The notes beneath the pieces were generated by a model. It searched no databases, was not told the DNA's origin, and worked only from the letters and a program-made list of their open reading frames with translations. This document shows, piece by piece, positions 9,701-19,464 of a stretch of 64,000 bases of DNA; positions within the stretch are counted from its first letter, which is position 1; each line of letters opens with the position of its first letter. The stretch spans positions 64,001-128,000 of the IMG/VR virus record IMGVR_UViG_3300027987_000212. One strand, given 5' to 3'. Both the position numbers and the translations under genes were made by a program. This DNA comes from a virus.

Positions 9701-10177
9701 TCACCCGGAGGCTACTGCGCGCAGGGCGCTCGTCGGGTACCCCGACATGCAAATCATGCCCAGAGCAGCAGCCTCCAGCCGAAGAGACTCTGGGATATCC
9801 ATATGCTCCGGAAGGAACACATCCCACAAAGCGTAGGACCAACCCAAGGCAATCAGCCGTAGCGCGTTCAGCGGCCCACCGACATACTGCCCGAGACTGA
9901 GGTACGACGGCCCCTCTCGTAAGAGCATCTGGCAGGGCAGTTGCGTCAACTCGTCGAGCAGCGCATACCGTTTGATGCTGGGGTCGTCGCATACGCCCAC
10001 GGTGATGATTCCAAAGTTCAATCGAGCTGAGCCTAGTTGCGCCCGTGGGAAGAGCTCTACGTCTGGCGGCATGTCAGGTGTCCCCAGCACCGCCGGTAGG
10101 TACCGGGATGTCGCAACTCCGTTGTGTACTAGGAAGGTGGCTTTGTGTAGTGTACTGATGAGTGAGTTCTGGTACAT
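9701..10177 (-). CDS. Hypothetical protein
   Basis: ORF track, GAGG SD, globular composition. Confidence 0.55.
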   Translation of the reverse strand: MYQNSLISTLHKATFLVHNGVATSRYLPAVLGTPDMPPDVELFPRAQLGSARLNFGIITVGVCDDPSIKRYALLDELTQLPCQMLLREGPSYLSLGQYVGGPLNALRLIALGWSYALWDVFLPEHMDIPESLRLEAAALGMICMSGYPTSALRAVASG

Positions 10178-10382
10178 GCTGGCCTCGCGTTGGACTAGCG
10201 ATACACCCTACTACCAAGGAACTTGTCCCCGAATGGCGAAGTAATTCGCATGTCGAGTAGTCGGCGTCGCACAGGACAACCACTTTACCCCAGCGCCACC
10301 CAAGACGGCAAAGGGCACACACGTCCAGTGTTCCGACCAGACGAATGGTCATGACGATACACGGCAACATGTGGTCAACGCA

Positions 10383-10739
10383 TTACTGCAATTTCTCGTG
10401 GATACGCGCCAATGCTCCGCGAAGCACCTCTCGCACGTGATTCCACTCCCCGCTGAGCTGCATCTCTACCACCAGCACCGACTGCTGTGCCAAATCGTCG
10501 CGCGCTTGAAGTAGCTGCTCCACCACCTCCTTCAAGTCCAACTCACCCACCAGATGCCGCTGCCACAAAGCCGCCACCCAAGCAGGGTAGTAGTACGCGG
10601 CATCGTTGTCTTGTTCGAAAGGCAGGTGCAGCCCTACTCGTACATCATCCGGCAACAGCATCTGCAGGTAACCTCTGCGAAGCAGCGGAGCAATACGTGT
10701 CCCGTGCAGTTGCTTTCGCCTCAGATACGTCGGTATCAC
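10383..10739 (-). CDS. Hypothetical protein
   Basis: GGAG SD before GTG. Confidence 0.55.
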   Translation of the reverse strand: MIPTYLRRKQLHGTRIAPLLRRGYLQMLLPDDVRVGLHLPFEQDNDAAYYYPAWVAALWQRHLVGELDLKEVVEQLLQARDDLAQQSVLVVEMQLSGEWNHVREVLRGALARIHEKLQ

Positions 10740-10761
10740 GCCCTACTCCGAGATAACAATC

Positions 10762-11037
10762 ATGATGGTACTAGCAAACAGGCCAAACCCAATCCTACTG
10801 GCACTAAGCGATGCGGGCAAGTGTCTTGCTGGTGTATCGACTCTTGCACCGCGTACGCAAGCACTGATGGCAGTCACAGCTTCCTGTAGCAAGCACCGAA
10901 CCAGTACTGCAGACAAGAAAGCTGCCCTGGACTTCGTGCAGGGGGCGGCTGAGCAAGACTCCGCAGAAGAGTACCTAACTGAAGCACTAGAGGCAGCCTG
11001 TGCGTTAATCCTCGGCGCGCGCAAAAACCCGGGATAA
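10762..11037 (+). CDS. Hypothetical helical protein
   Basis: preceded by GAGATAA motif at 10750-10756. Confidence 0.55.
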   Translation: MMVLANRPNPILLALSDAGKCLAGVSTLAPRTQALMAVTASCSKHRTSTADKKAALDFVQGAAEQDSAEEYLTEALEAACALILGARKNPG

Positions 11038-11047
11038 CCTGGGATAA
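11031..11047 (+). promoter_or_regulatory. Tandem GGGATAA motifs
   Basis: GGGATAA-cct-GGGATAA upstream of 11096 gene. Confidence 0.55.
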
Positions 11048-11095
11048 CAACTATGAAGGGAATGATACCCTCATACGTATTAGGAGCAACCAACC

Positions 11096-11314
11096 ATGGA
11101 AATCGAAACCAGCGCCCCCTCACGTTTCAACCGAGTTCTCACCCATCCCGCCACCATCGAAGTTGTACGCTTCACCGCCTACATCGTCGGAGGCAGCATT
11201 GTCCGGTGGGGCTACGGCAAAGCACTCACCGCCTACAAGCAACGGCATCAGTCGCCGGCAGTCGCCCCCTCCGCCCGTAAGGGGGAAAGCTCCTCCGACC
11301 AAGTCGTCGCTTGA
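11096..11314 (+). CDS. Small hypothetical protein
   Basis: AGGAG SD; similar leader to 43928 gene. Confidence 0.6.
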   Translation: MEIETSAPSRFNRVLTHPATIEVVRFTAYIVGGSIVRWGYGKALTAYKQRHQSPAVAPSARKGESSSDQVVA

Positions 11315-11487
11315 GCCGCCGCTTGTAGGCACCCTTGAAACAGTCGCGCTTGCGCGACTGTTTCTTTAGCCCCAAGTAGCTAGAAACTACCAAGAAAATA
11401 CAGGGCTCCGCGCAAGTAGTAGGGAGAACCCTTTACTTCTACTCGCGCAGCAGTAAACTACTCGCATCTTTGCCCCAGGAGGCCGCA

Positions 11488-11733
11488 ATGTTCGACCCCA
11501 CCCAACTCACCAACCTCAGCGCGGAACAGCGGCTCATCGCTCAGCGGCTATTGCGTCCGCCCACGGCTGACATCGTTGACGGGGACTTCGGGAACGAAGA
11601 CCTCGTTGCCTTCTTGCGTCGGCTGAACGACTTCCAGCCTCAAGGCACCATCTCCGCCCACCGCCTCGCACAGGCCGGCATCCTATCCACGGCCTCCGGC
11701 CCGCCCGGTACGCGTCTGCGCGCCGCAAGCTAA
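11488..11733 (+). CDS. Hypothetical protein
   Basis: AGGAGG SD before ATG 11488; TAAACT -10-like upstream. Confidence 0.65.
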   Translation: MFDPTQLTNLSAEQRLIAQRLLRPPTADIVDGDFGNEDLVAFLRRLNDFQPQGTISAHRLAQAGILSTASGPPGTRLRAAS

Positions 11734-12101
11734 GGCGCAGTCTTCCTCACCAACCCTACTTCCCCCTCTTCCGACGTCTGTTTCAACGCGTGCAGCGTTG
11801 TCCGGTGGAGGGGGAGCTTCAACGCTCCACGAATCTCGTTCAGCGACTCGAGGACCGTGTTGAAGCCGCCACCCACGGCCTCCTCTAGCGCCTGCACACG
11901 AGTCGACACTGCCCTACTCGTGCTCGCCGCGTCGGCGCTCAACTCGACAGCGGTGAAAATCCGGTCTGAAATAATCACCAGCATACGTACCTGGGGGTCT
12001 GGATGGTGCTTCAGGAGCTCGGTAAGTACACGGGCCTGTTCGGCCACGTCGTCTTCCATCTCTGGTGGGGGCGGGGGCTGCGTGGTGCGCTCATCTGACA
12101 T
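11730..12101 (-). CDS. Hypothetical coiled-coil protein
   Basis: ORF track; GGTATACT -10-like element upstream. Confidence 0.6.
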   Translation of the reverse strand: MSDERTTQPPPPPEMEDDVAEQARVLTELLKHHPDPQVRMLVIISDRIFTAVELSADAASTSRAVSTRVQALEEAVGGGFNTVLESLNEIRGALKLPLHRTTLHALKQTSEEGEVGLVRKTAP

Positions 12102-12170
12102 GGCCTGACCAGTATACCTGCCCCGGCAGTCAATCTGAAGATGCTCCTACGTCCCCGTTACGGTATCCCG

Positions 12171-12614
12171 TCACTCTTCCTTAAGCGCCGCCTCCGCTGA
12201 AGCAGAATTTTCACCCAATAGTTCAGCAACTAGCACCTGGGCGAGGTCTGGCCGCGCATCGAATACCGGACCAAAGATGCACCGCAGTTTCTGCGCAAGG
12301 TACCGAACATCGTGCTCCTCCAGCACGTCCTTCATGCCGGCGTTGTCGTTGTGCTCATTCCACGAGCGAAAGTCTAGCCCCTTCTTTGCCGCCCGTGAGC
12401 AGAGCTCGACGTACTTACCGAGCAGCCCATTGAACTCCAAGAACGCGTGGCAATTGGAGCCCACCTCAGCACGGAAGAATCTCCAGTAGGTTTCCTCCGC
12501 AAGTCGATGCATGACTGTGAGTAGCCCTTCGAGCTCTACATCTACTGGGTCTTCGTCCGTAGAACGCATGGGCGCACAGCACGGTACTTCTTCTGGTAGT
12601 TTCATGTTCGCCAT
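12171..12614 (-). CDS. Conserved-looking hypothetical protein (HAFLEF...HDVRYLAQKLRCIFG)
   Basis: His/Cys-containing globular sequence; GGGATAA upstream. Confidence 0.6.
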   Translation of the reverse strand: MANMKLPEEVPCCAPMRSTDEDPVDVELEGLLTVMHRLAEETYWRFFRAEVGSNCHAFLEFNGLLGKYVELCSRAAKKGLDFRSWNEHNDNAGMKDVLEEHDVRYLAQKLRCIFGPVFDARPDLAQVLVAELLGENSASAEAALKEE

Positions 12615-12622
12615 CGAAGCAG

Positions 12623-12645
12623 TTATCCCGCAAGACTGGGGATAA
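12623..12645. promoter_or_regulatory. Back-to-back GGGATAA motifs between divergent genes
   Basis: TTATCCCG (12623-12630) and GGGGATAA (12638-12645). Confidence 0.65.
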
Positions 12646-12661
12646 TACTGATGGAAACAAC

Positions 12662-13117
12662 ATGAGCATAAGAATCAGCAACACACCTGGGCTCAACCCG
12701 AGCGTAGGGCTATGCTACCTCTGCCAGGAACCAAAAGAGGTGGTGCTGTTTGGGCAACTAACAAGTACCGCCGTTCGGCACTTTGAAGAATCCGGTATAC
12801 CAATTGTAGACGGCGAAGCCCCACACAAAGCCACCTATGACAAAGAACCTTGCAGTAAGTGCCGTGAACTCATGGAACAAGGCATCATACTCATCAGCGT
12901 GCGTGACGAAGAACCCTCCGATAACCCCTACCGCACAGGCGGCTGGGTGGTAGTACGGGAGGAAGCGCTGCGTCGCGTACTCCACGATACCCCCGATACC
13001 GCGGCCATACTGAGTGCGCGCGTTGCGTTTCTACCAGACCCAGTTTGGGAGGCACTCGGGCTACCCAGAGGAACCAATGAGACCACTACTGCTAACACTC
13101 CTCCTACTGACGGATGA
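12662..13117 (+). CDS. Zn-binding phage protein (CxxC...CxxC)
   Basis: LCYLCQ, EPCSKC, NPYRTGGWVVVREEA. Confidence 0.6.
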   Translation: MSIRISNTPGLNPSVGLCYLCQEPKEVVLFGQLTSTAVRHFEESGIPIVDGEAPHKATYDKEPCSKCRELMEQGIILISVRDEEPSDNPYRTGGWVVVREEALRRVLHDTPDTAAILSARVAFLPDPVWEALGLPRGTNETTTANTPPTDG

Positions 13118-13247
13118 CCGCTGTCGTACCGAACAGTTTCGCTGTGAGCAGCGCTGCACTGTTCAACACGACATAGGCAGCTTAGGCCACCTACGGTGCA
13201 ACGATGACTGCAGAGACGAGTACCTTTTCTGTCGAAAAGCTCCTTGA
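13077..13247 (+). CDS. Small Cys-rich, possibly secreted protein (56 aa)
   Basis: GAGG SD; MRPLLLTLLLL then six regularly spaced Cys. Confidence 0.45.
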   Translation: MRPLLLTLLLLTDDRCRTEQFRCEQRCTVQHDIGSLGHLRCNDDCRDEYLFCRKAP

Positions 13248-13530
13248 CGTACACTGGGATGAACGGGCACGTAGAGTCCAAGTAGACATCCACGGAGCTC
13301 GATTCAACCCGCAAGGGGACGCCGTAACCTTCACTGGGTTACTCCTAGCCACTCTAGAAAATGCCTTCCAGAGGCTACGAGACCGACAAACAGCAAGCAG
13401 TGCTGTCCTGCACGTAAAGCTCATCTTAGACGCACGCTTTCGGCTCCTTCTCCGTAGAGGCTATGTGTGGCAGGACAAAGATGACGGTTTCTGGCGTTGC
13501 CCACAGCCACAGGAGTCCCCCGATGTTTGA
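13204..13530 (+). CDS. Hypothetical protein
   Basis: ORF track, operon packing. Confidence 0.5.
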   Translation: MTAETSTFSVEKLLDVHWDERARRVQVDIHGARFNPQGDAVTFTGLLLATLENAFQRLRDRQTASSAVLHVKLILDARFRLLLRRGYVWQDKDDGFWRCPQPQESPDV

Positions 13531-13957
13531 ATCACCACTACGTCCTGGTAGCGAATGCTGGGTAGCCCAACGTTTCCACTTTGGTGACTTCCAGCACGGA
13601 TTCTCCCTCGTACTCTGGCACACCGGCCTCTACGACACTCGCGGCGGCGAACGCCTTGGCTACCGTCTTCGTTGCGTCCGAGCACGTACTGGCTACACGC
13701 ACAAGACACCTCCGGTGTTCCGTGGTGGCGACACCCTATTCCTCGAGGAGAACTTCACCTGCAGCCCGCTACACAACGGAGACCACCCAAACACGCTGGC
13801 GGCACTACTCGACTTCCTCTCTCGCCGTCCAAACGATTCAGAAGCATACGTCTTTGAGAGCTACACCGACCAGCAATTGCGCTTCGCAGAGCTTTATGGG
13901 GAGCAGCTCAGCTGTGAGGCGTACCTACTACGAGTAACCGATGACCCAGACAACTAG
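13523..13957 (+). CDS. Conserved-looking hypothetical phage protein (CSPLH...LLDFLSRRP...YTDQQLRFA)
   Basis: AGGAG SD before ATG 13523. Confidence 0.6.
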   Translation: MFESPLRPGSECWVAQRFHFGDFQHGFSLVLWHTGLYDTRGGERLGYRLRCVRARTGYTHKTPPVFRGGDTLFLEENFTCSPLHNGDHPNTLAALLDFLSRRPNDSEAYVFESYTDQQLRFAELYGEQLSCEAYLLRVTDDPDN

Positions 13958-14147
13958 CTCAGCCATCGCTACGTTTCACCTTGAACAACGTGTTCGTGTA
14001 CTGCCTTCAGGGTTACGCGGACGCGTATACCGTACTGACCACGGTACAATTGTCCGCATCGCCAAGACAAGCCAGAAAATCTGCGTCCGCCTTGACGCTA
14101 CTGGTCGCGTACACATGTTCAAGCCGGAAGACCTCCTGCCTTTCTAG
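13941..14147 (+). CDS. Small SH3/KOW-like beta-barrel protein
   Basis: F.LEQRVRV..SGLRGRV...VRLDATG...FKPEDL. Confidence 0.45.
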   Translation: MTQTTSSAIATFHLEQRVRVLPSGLRGRVYRTDHGTIVRIAKTSQKICVRLDATGRVHMFKPEDLLPF

Positions 14148-17100
14148 TAACTACTGCCGCTGCCCGGGTCAGTGTACTGACCCGGGATGCTCACATCGGC
14201 CAGGTCTTCCGCTTCGGAGTAGTTGAAGTCAGCATCGGGCTCCTCGTAGGAAGCAATCAGTACTGATTGCTGTGCAGCCTCTTGTCTGTCCGTACGTCGT
14301 ACGGGTAGGTCACTGCGCTGCACATCACGGATGGCCTGCAGTGCCGCACCCAGGTAGCTAGACTCTTGGGGGGCCATGCCAAAAAAGTCCTGGAAGCGCC
14401 CCTCAAGTAATACCGCGGTAGCCTTGTCCGCGCCCTTCTGGCGAAAGGCAGCCAGCAATGTATCTACCTGCGGTACCGCCGCAGCGACATACCCAGCAAG
14501 GATACTTTCCAGGCTATCCTCCGGGTCTATGCTGACTGCCTCCGCTCCCACGATGGTGAGTACCCCCGCCAGGTTCAGTAATTGCGCCCGTACTGCGCTC
14601 ACATCAGCCGCCGTAGGGTTGGTGTTTGCTAGCAGAGGGTTCAGCAATCTCGAGAGCTCTCGGAAGAACGCCGGAGCATTCTGGGGCAATGCCAACCATT
14701 CGGTCAAGCGAGTGGCAAACTGGGCGTAGTTGTCCTGTTGTGTCTTTCGTATACGTACGAACGGCACCGACTCCGCTCCAAACAACAGTGACCCCTGCTC
14801 CACAGAGATAGCAGGGGTTACTTCTATGAGTAGCTGGCTTAACTCTAGCCCCACAACTGCATGCGTACTAGTTGGTGAGGCATAGGTGGTGCTGTGCACC
14901 TCAACGATATCACCCACCTCCAAGCCCTTGGGTGCAGAAGGCAGCTGCAAGTATGGGGTAGAGCCGAATACCGCAGGCGCAGGTGACGGAAACAGGATGG
15001 ATGACGCGCCCCCAACAACAAGCTCCAGTCCGGTATCTACGTCAGTACTAGTAGAGTAGAAGTCCACCCGAAACGAGCCAAGCGTCAAGTCAAAGAACGC
15101 AGGTAGGCCACCTAACGTTTGGTACACAACCAGCGGGCGGTCTACGGTAACTAGGAGAGGGTCTGTGTTAGCTGCAGTAGCAGCGTAGTCCCCCTGATTA
15201 ACACTCCCCTCAAGCACGCGCAGCGTGTCATCCCGCACAACTGCCAGAGCAGGGCCTACCTCTACCGTGGAGTCCGTACTGAGTGTAACCCCCACCGAGA
15301 AAGTAGCGACAAACGTGCCATCCCCTACGTTAGTCACCGTTCCGACCAACCCTATATCCGAGTAAGTAGCCGCTGTCCGCAGCACCACTTTGTCTCCTAC
15401 GACCACCTCGCTCAACGCACCATTGATTGTGCTCAGCAAAGTGAACACTGCAGACGTACCAGCGGTATAGCTAGCGCGACCGTACCATGTATGGAAGCCA
15501 ATCTGCAGCGGGTTTGTCGGCTCGCTACGCCCGCGCACTGTACTAGAGGGCACGAACACCGCAAGGGCCGACAAACGTGCTACACCAGCCACTTGTGCGC
15601 CAAAGTCCGTGTTCACTCCAGCAGCCACCTCAGCTGCCGTTGTTCTTCGGCAACGTACTTCTTGTAGCGGCGAAAAACCGAGTGCGTAGTACGCAGGGTC
15701 CGTTGTCTCTGGTAGACTTAGCTTACGACTCACCGCCAAACTAGTGGCTTCGTTCCCGTCACTGATGCGTATGCGCACATACCTACTAGCCGCACCCACC
15801 TCAACATTGATGTTAACCTCATCTGTCGGTGCAGGGCCAGCCAACTGGCTACAAGACAATGTCGTAGCGCTGACAGTCACTACAGCATAGACCGCCCCGT
15901 CATTGACGCTGCTGCCATCATTCACGACTACCTTGTTTCCTACCTGGACACCCAAGGCAGTCCAATCCTGCCCAGCAAGGGGAAACACGAAGTCCATGTC
16001 ATTCGCAGACCCTGTAGCGTCCAAGTCTACCAACCCAAAGAACTTCGTAGGATTGAAGTACGGCTCAGCTACTACAGGTTGTGTAGTAATGGCTGCGTTA
16101 ATCTGCGTAACGATACTTTCCACAGACACACCACTTGCCTGCGTCAGCAACAAGTCGATGTCCGAATACCCCTCTACAGAGATGACCAAGTGGTCGTTCC
16201 GGACAGCGCCTACGGGAGGTGGGTTGCTCGGACCCCAGATATCGTATGGCTCAACCCAAGTACCCTCCAACGCAGCAACATAGGACGCACGAAGGGACAA
16301 CGTTACAGCGGTACCCCCATCAACAGTAAAGCTGAGGGCAGTGTCGCCAGGTACCAGTACGTATGGGCCTAACGTTTGGCTCGGCAGTACAGCCGCGGTA
16401 GCGGGATGCGCACCATCTGCATAGACGGACCCCGTGCCGCTCAGCGGCACAAATGTCGTAACCTCTGGAGAAGCGCCGAAACCTTCGACGGTTGCGCGCC
16501 CCGCAAGTACGTCCAACGTGACCTCTCGAAGGATGCCAGGGCGCATAGCAGGCGTCAGTGCTTCGAGTTCCTCCACTCGAGTCTGCAGCACCTCACGCGC
16601 CTTGGTGATGACTGCGGCCGCTAGTAGTTGGCCTAAGTTCAGCGAAGTGTAGTCGGCAATGGCAACTGCAAGTAGTTCTGCCCGCCGTACCACCTCAGCA
16701 TGCTGTTCGGTTACAGAGCGCAGCAGCGTGGGTATCGCCGCACGCGCCTCCTGAGGGGTCTGCACGATGTTTTGACCAACCCGGATGCTTGACCCAACCT
16801 GGGACAAGTACCGGGTCACGTTCACGTCGTATCGTTTGAATGCGGGCACCTCACCCAACGCAGTGAACCCCGAAGTACGGGCAGCCGCCGCCGTCTCTAG
16901 CGCCCCTAGAGCTACCCGCGCATTGACCAAGGAAGTTAGGCTGTCTAGCGGGGCGACCCGCCTCGACGTAGACACCGCCGCATCGACTAACTCATCGACT
17001 AGGGTACTCAGTGCGGTCAACTCTTCGCTCAAGCGTCGCGTAGCTAAAAGAACGACGTAGTAGGGGGCAGCCGGCGTCAGTAGAAAGACACCAGCTGCCG

Positions 17101-17230
17101 CATCCTGCAGGTCGTTGAACGTAGTACCTGTTTCTCGATTACCCAGAACTCCGTACGGTTTCCGGATAGCATCCCGAACCAGCTTAGTAACCGCCGCTTC
17201 AATCTCGTCGCTTGTGTAGTTCTTAGCCAC
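14144..17230 (-). CDS. Large virion tail/baseplate structural protein, 1028 aa
   Basis: helical termini with beta-rich core similar in style to 96..4166; same promoter class as other structural genes. Confidence 0.6.
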   Translation of the reverse strand: MAKNYTSDEIEAAVTKLVRDAIRKPYGVLGNRETGTTFNDLQDAAAGVFLLTPAAPYYVVLLATRRLSEELTALSTLVDELVDAAVSTSRRVAPLDSLTSLVNARVALGALETAAAARTSGFTALGEVPAFKRYDVNVTRYLSQVGSSIRVGQNIVQTPQEARAAIPTLLRSVTEQHAEVVRRAELLAVAIADYTSLNLGQLLAAAVITKAREVLQTRVEELEALTPAMRPGILREVTLDVLAGRATVEGFGASPEVTTFVPLSGTGSVYADGAHPATAAVLPSQTLGPYVLVPGDTALSFTVDGGTAVTLSLRASYVAALEGTWVEPYDIWGPSNPPPVGAVRNDHLVISVEGYSDIDLLLTQASGVSVESIVTQINAAITTQPVVAEPYFNPTKFFGLVDLDATGSANDMDFVFPLAGQDWTALGVQVGNKVVVNDGSSVNDGAVYAVVTVSATTLSCSQLAGPAPTDEVNINVEVGAASRYVRIRISDGNEATSLAVSRKLSLPETTDPAYYALGFSPLQEVRCRRTTAAEVAAGVNTDFGAQVAGVARLSALAVFVPSSTVRGRSEPTNPLQIGFHTWYGRASYTAGTSAVFTLLSTINGALSEVVVGDKVVLRTAATYSDIGLVGTVTNVGDGTFVATFSVGVTLSTDSTVEVGPALAVVRDDTLRVLEGSVNQGDYAATAANTDPLLVTVDRPLVVYQTLGGLPAFFDLTLGSFRVDFYSTSTDVDTGLELVVGGASSILFPSPAPAVFGSTPYLQLPSAPKGLEVGDIVEVHSTTYASPTSTHAVVGLELSQLLIEVTPAISVEQGSLLFGAESVPFVRIRKTQQDNYAQFATRLTEWLALPQNAPAFFRELSRLLNPLLANTNPTAADVSAVRAQLLNLAGVLTIVGAEAVSIDPEDSLESILAGYVAAAVPQVDTLLAAFRQKGADKATAVLLEGRFQDFFGMAPQESSYLGAALQAIRDVQRSDLPVRRTDRQEAAQQSVLIASYEEPDADFNYSEAEDLADVSIPGQYTDPGSGSSY

Positions 17231-17244
17231 AAGGCCACTCTACC
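17231..17244 (-). promoter_or_regulatory. GGTAGAGT -10-like element, 6 nt before GTG
   Basis: tgGTAGAGT-ggcctt-GTG(17230), no SD. Confidence 0.65.
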
Positions 17245-17249
17245 ACGAG

Positions 17250-18401
17250 TCACCTATCACTGGGATGGCGAATCTCGAGCCCAACTGGGTAGTGCGGGAC
17301 ACCATCATTGGTCCAGTCAAAGAACTTCACCTTCAGCCACTTACCTACTGAGTTGGGGGCCGCCGCCAAGAGTGCTGCCCGTTCGGCGTCCGTACCCTTC
17401 GGGGCGCACCAGAACTCTGCCCCAGCCTCTGTACGGCACTTGAAGAGGGGCACGTTCTCGAACTTTCCCTTACCCACATCGTGCCCGACAATCAAGAACT
17501 CGGCATCCTGCCAGTGCTTCATCTTCAACAAGCAGTCACTTCGATACCCAAACCGGTAGGGGTCCTTATCGTAGCGGATGATTGCTCCCTCAAAACCAAG
17601 AGAGACAAAGTGCGCGTGCGCCGCACGCGCTGCCGCCTCGTCTTGGATTGACACCTCTTCCACTTGGCGTACCGATACCATGTGGCGAATGTTCTGCGCG
17701 AAGAAGTTGTGGCGATGTGCTCTACGCTCTGTCCAAAGCATGTCGTGCGGCCTACCTAGCTCAGCATGAGTGGCAGCATCGTACACGTTGTAGGTTAGCA
17801 TCAGCGAGTCCTCCTGCGGACGCCTCACATAGGAATTCAGCACCTGAAGACTGACCCCGTGAATGTACAGTTCCCCATCGAGCATGAGGTTATCCGGAAG
17901 TACCCTCTCCAGCTCCTCCATCACGTGCTGCACAACGTAGGGGTCTCCGCCACGCGACTGCAGAAATACCCGACCCTCCTTACGGTATGCGAGACAGCGC
18001 AACCCGTCCAGCTTCGGCTGAGCATGAGCTGGGTAGCGAACCTTGTGCCCATGGTCGTCGAAACTCTTCGCCAGCATAGGCTTCAAGTTCAACGTAGTGA
18101 GCACCTTACTTCGCTCTGGGGAGTACTTCTTCTTCACCTGTTTCTTCCACAGGGCGATGGCTTCCAGCCGCGCCTGCTCGACTACCGTCGTCTCGTTGCT
18201 CCTACCTATGTTCTTCGCCTTCACCGCAAACCGAGACGACTGCATCGCCCCGTCCTCTTGTCCCCACGATACGCACACGTAACTGGCTGCCGCTTCATTC
18301 GTCACCCAGCAAATCCACACGTTGACTGCCCCCGTAGCTGTCTTGGAGTACAGCGTAGGTAAGCAACCCAATCCATCCCATGTATCCACATCTTGCATCA
18401 C
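17250..18401 (-). CDS. lig: ATP-dependent DNA ligase
   Basis: KPMLA, motif I QPKLDGLRC, LDGELY, FEGAIIR, Y..GYRS..LLKMK, OB-fold C-terminus. Confidence 0.9.
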   Translation of the reverse strand: MMQDVDTWDGLGCLPTLYSKTATGAVNVWICWVTNEAAASYVCVSWGQEDGAMQSSRFAVKAKNIGRSNETTVVEQARLEAIALWKKQVKKKYSPERSKVLTTLNLKPMLAKSFDDHGHKVRYPAHAQPKLDGLRCLAYRKEGRVFLQSRGGDPYVVQHVMEELERVLPDNLMLDGELYIHGVSLQVLNSYVRRPQEDSLMLTYNVYDAATHAELGRPHDMLWTERRAHRHNFFAQNIRHMVSVRQVEEVSIQDEAAARAAHAHFVSLGFEGAIIRYDKDPYRFGYRSDCLLKMKHWQDAEFLIVGHDVGKGKFENVPLFKCRTEAGAEFWCAPKGTDAERAALLAAAPNSVGKWLKVKFFDWTNDGVPHYPVGLEIRHPSDR

Positions 18402-18814
18402 TTCACCTCGAATAGCTCACTCTTGGCAGTCCCAAGACGTATGGCCACCAACGCCTGCTCGAGGGTCATACCACCGTCCATGAACACAACTACGGCACTA
18501 CGTATAGCCAACTGAAAGCCTGCAAGCAACACCCCTAAGTCAAGCTCTTGACCATGTCGGTCAAACTGCTGCACCGCTGTATCCAACAGCGTTGAGGCTA
18601 GGCTAGCCACCAACTTATCCGTAACTTCTTGCTGGCTCAGTCTAGCTCGTTCAGCCCGTTGTCGAGCTCTGTCTGCCAAGTTTACTACGGCACCATCGTC
18701 TCCATGTGACACGATTGAAACCTCGACTGAAGGGGGTAAACACCTCGAGCACGGCAGCTTCGCACAGCGCTTCCTGGCGAACACTCCGGTCCTCACTACA
18801 CAATGCCGCTTCAA
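18398..18814 (-). CDS. Hypothetical protein
   Basis: coupled to ligase; start uncertain. Confidence 0.5.
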   Translation of the reverse strand: MKRHCVVRTGVFARKRCAKLPCSRCLPPSVEVSIVSHGDDGAVVNLADRARQRAERARLSQQEVTDKLVASLASTLLDTAVQQFDRHGQELDLGVLLAGFQLAIRSAVVVFMDGGMTLEQALVAIRLGTAKSELFEVK

Positions 18815-18868
18815 ACCAACTGCACCAACTAGTGTGCGCGTACCGATGGAGTCGCAACGTAACGCGGG

Positions 18869-19438
18869 CTAGCATACACGCTTGACCTGCTCAATGACCT
18901 CCTCCCACGAGGCGACTTGTTGTCCGGGGTACCCCTCTTGATTGTAGCTAGTACTCCAACACAGCGGCAAGTTGGGTACTCCCCACATGTTCATCTGATA
19001 GGACCACTGGACGAGGTGCTCCACCTTGTCGTCAACAAGCACACGCCCGCACACTGCTTTCTTGTTGTGGGTAAACACCGTCCTTTCGGCTACCGTCCTT
19101 CCAAAGAGCTTACGTAGCCAACATGTCCTGTCGAACACCCACGTCGGTGACTCATCAAATGGCGCGGTGACGAAGACCACCTCAGCCAAGGCTTCTAGCT
19201 TCGGCACCGCTTCCAGAGCACCTGGTAAAGGCTCCAAGCATTGGGCCATCCCGGGCATGCCGAGCACTTCCCACAGTTCTGCGGTTTCCTCCTTGGTTAG
19301 GGCCATAGAGGCAGCTACATCCCAAACTCCATGCTCGCTCGGCTCCGGAAGGTCACGACTGAACAACTCCTTAGCCACGCTCCACGCACGTCCACGAAAA
19401 TCACACACTACATCATCGACATCCAGCAATACACGCAT
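18869..19438 (-). CDS. 5'(3')-deoxyribonucleotidase (HAD, NT5C-like)
   Basis: LLDVDDVVCDF, PLPGA, VFVTAP, RTCWL, LVDDK; GGAGG SD. Confidence 0.8.
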   Translation of the reverse strand: MRVLLDVDDVVCDFRGRAWSVAKELFSRDLPEPSEHGVWDVAASMALTKEETAELWEVLGMPGMAQCLEPLPGALEAVPKLEALAEVVFVTAPFDESPTWVFDRTCWLRKLFGRTVAERTVFTHNKKAVCGRVLVDDKVEHLVQWSYQMNMWGVPNLPLCWSTSYNQEGYPGQQVASWEEVIEQVKRVC

Positions 19439-19464
19439 AGGCACCTCCAAGTTGCTCAAGGTTC

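Noticed and set aside
11053-11280. ORF starting right after the tandem GGGATAA
   Set aside because: The overlapping frame 11096..11314 has a strong SD and more protein-like sequence; a leaderless 11053 start cannot be fully excluded
14163-14186. 11-bp inverted repeat CCCGGGTCAGT/ACTGACCCGGG
   Set aside because: Lies inside coding sequence (PGQYTDPG), 2-nt loop, no U-tract; likely incidental
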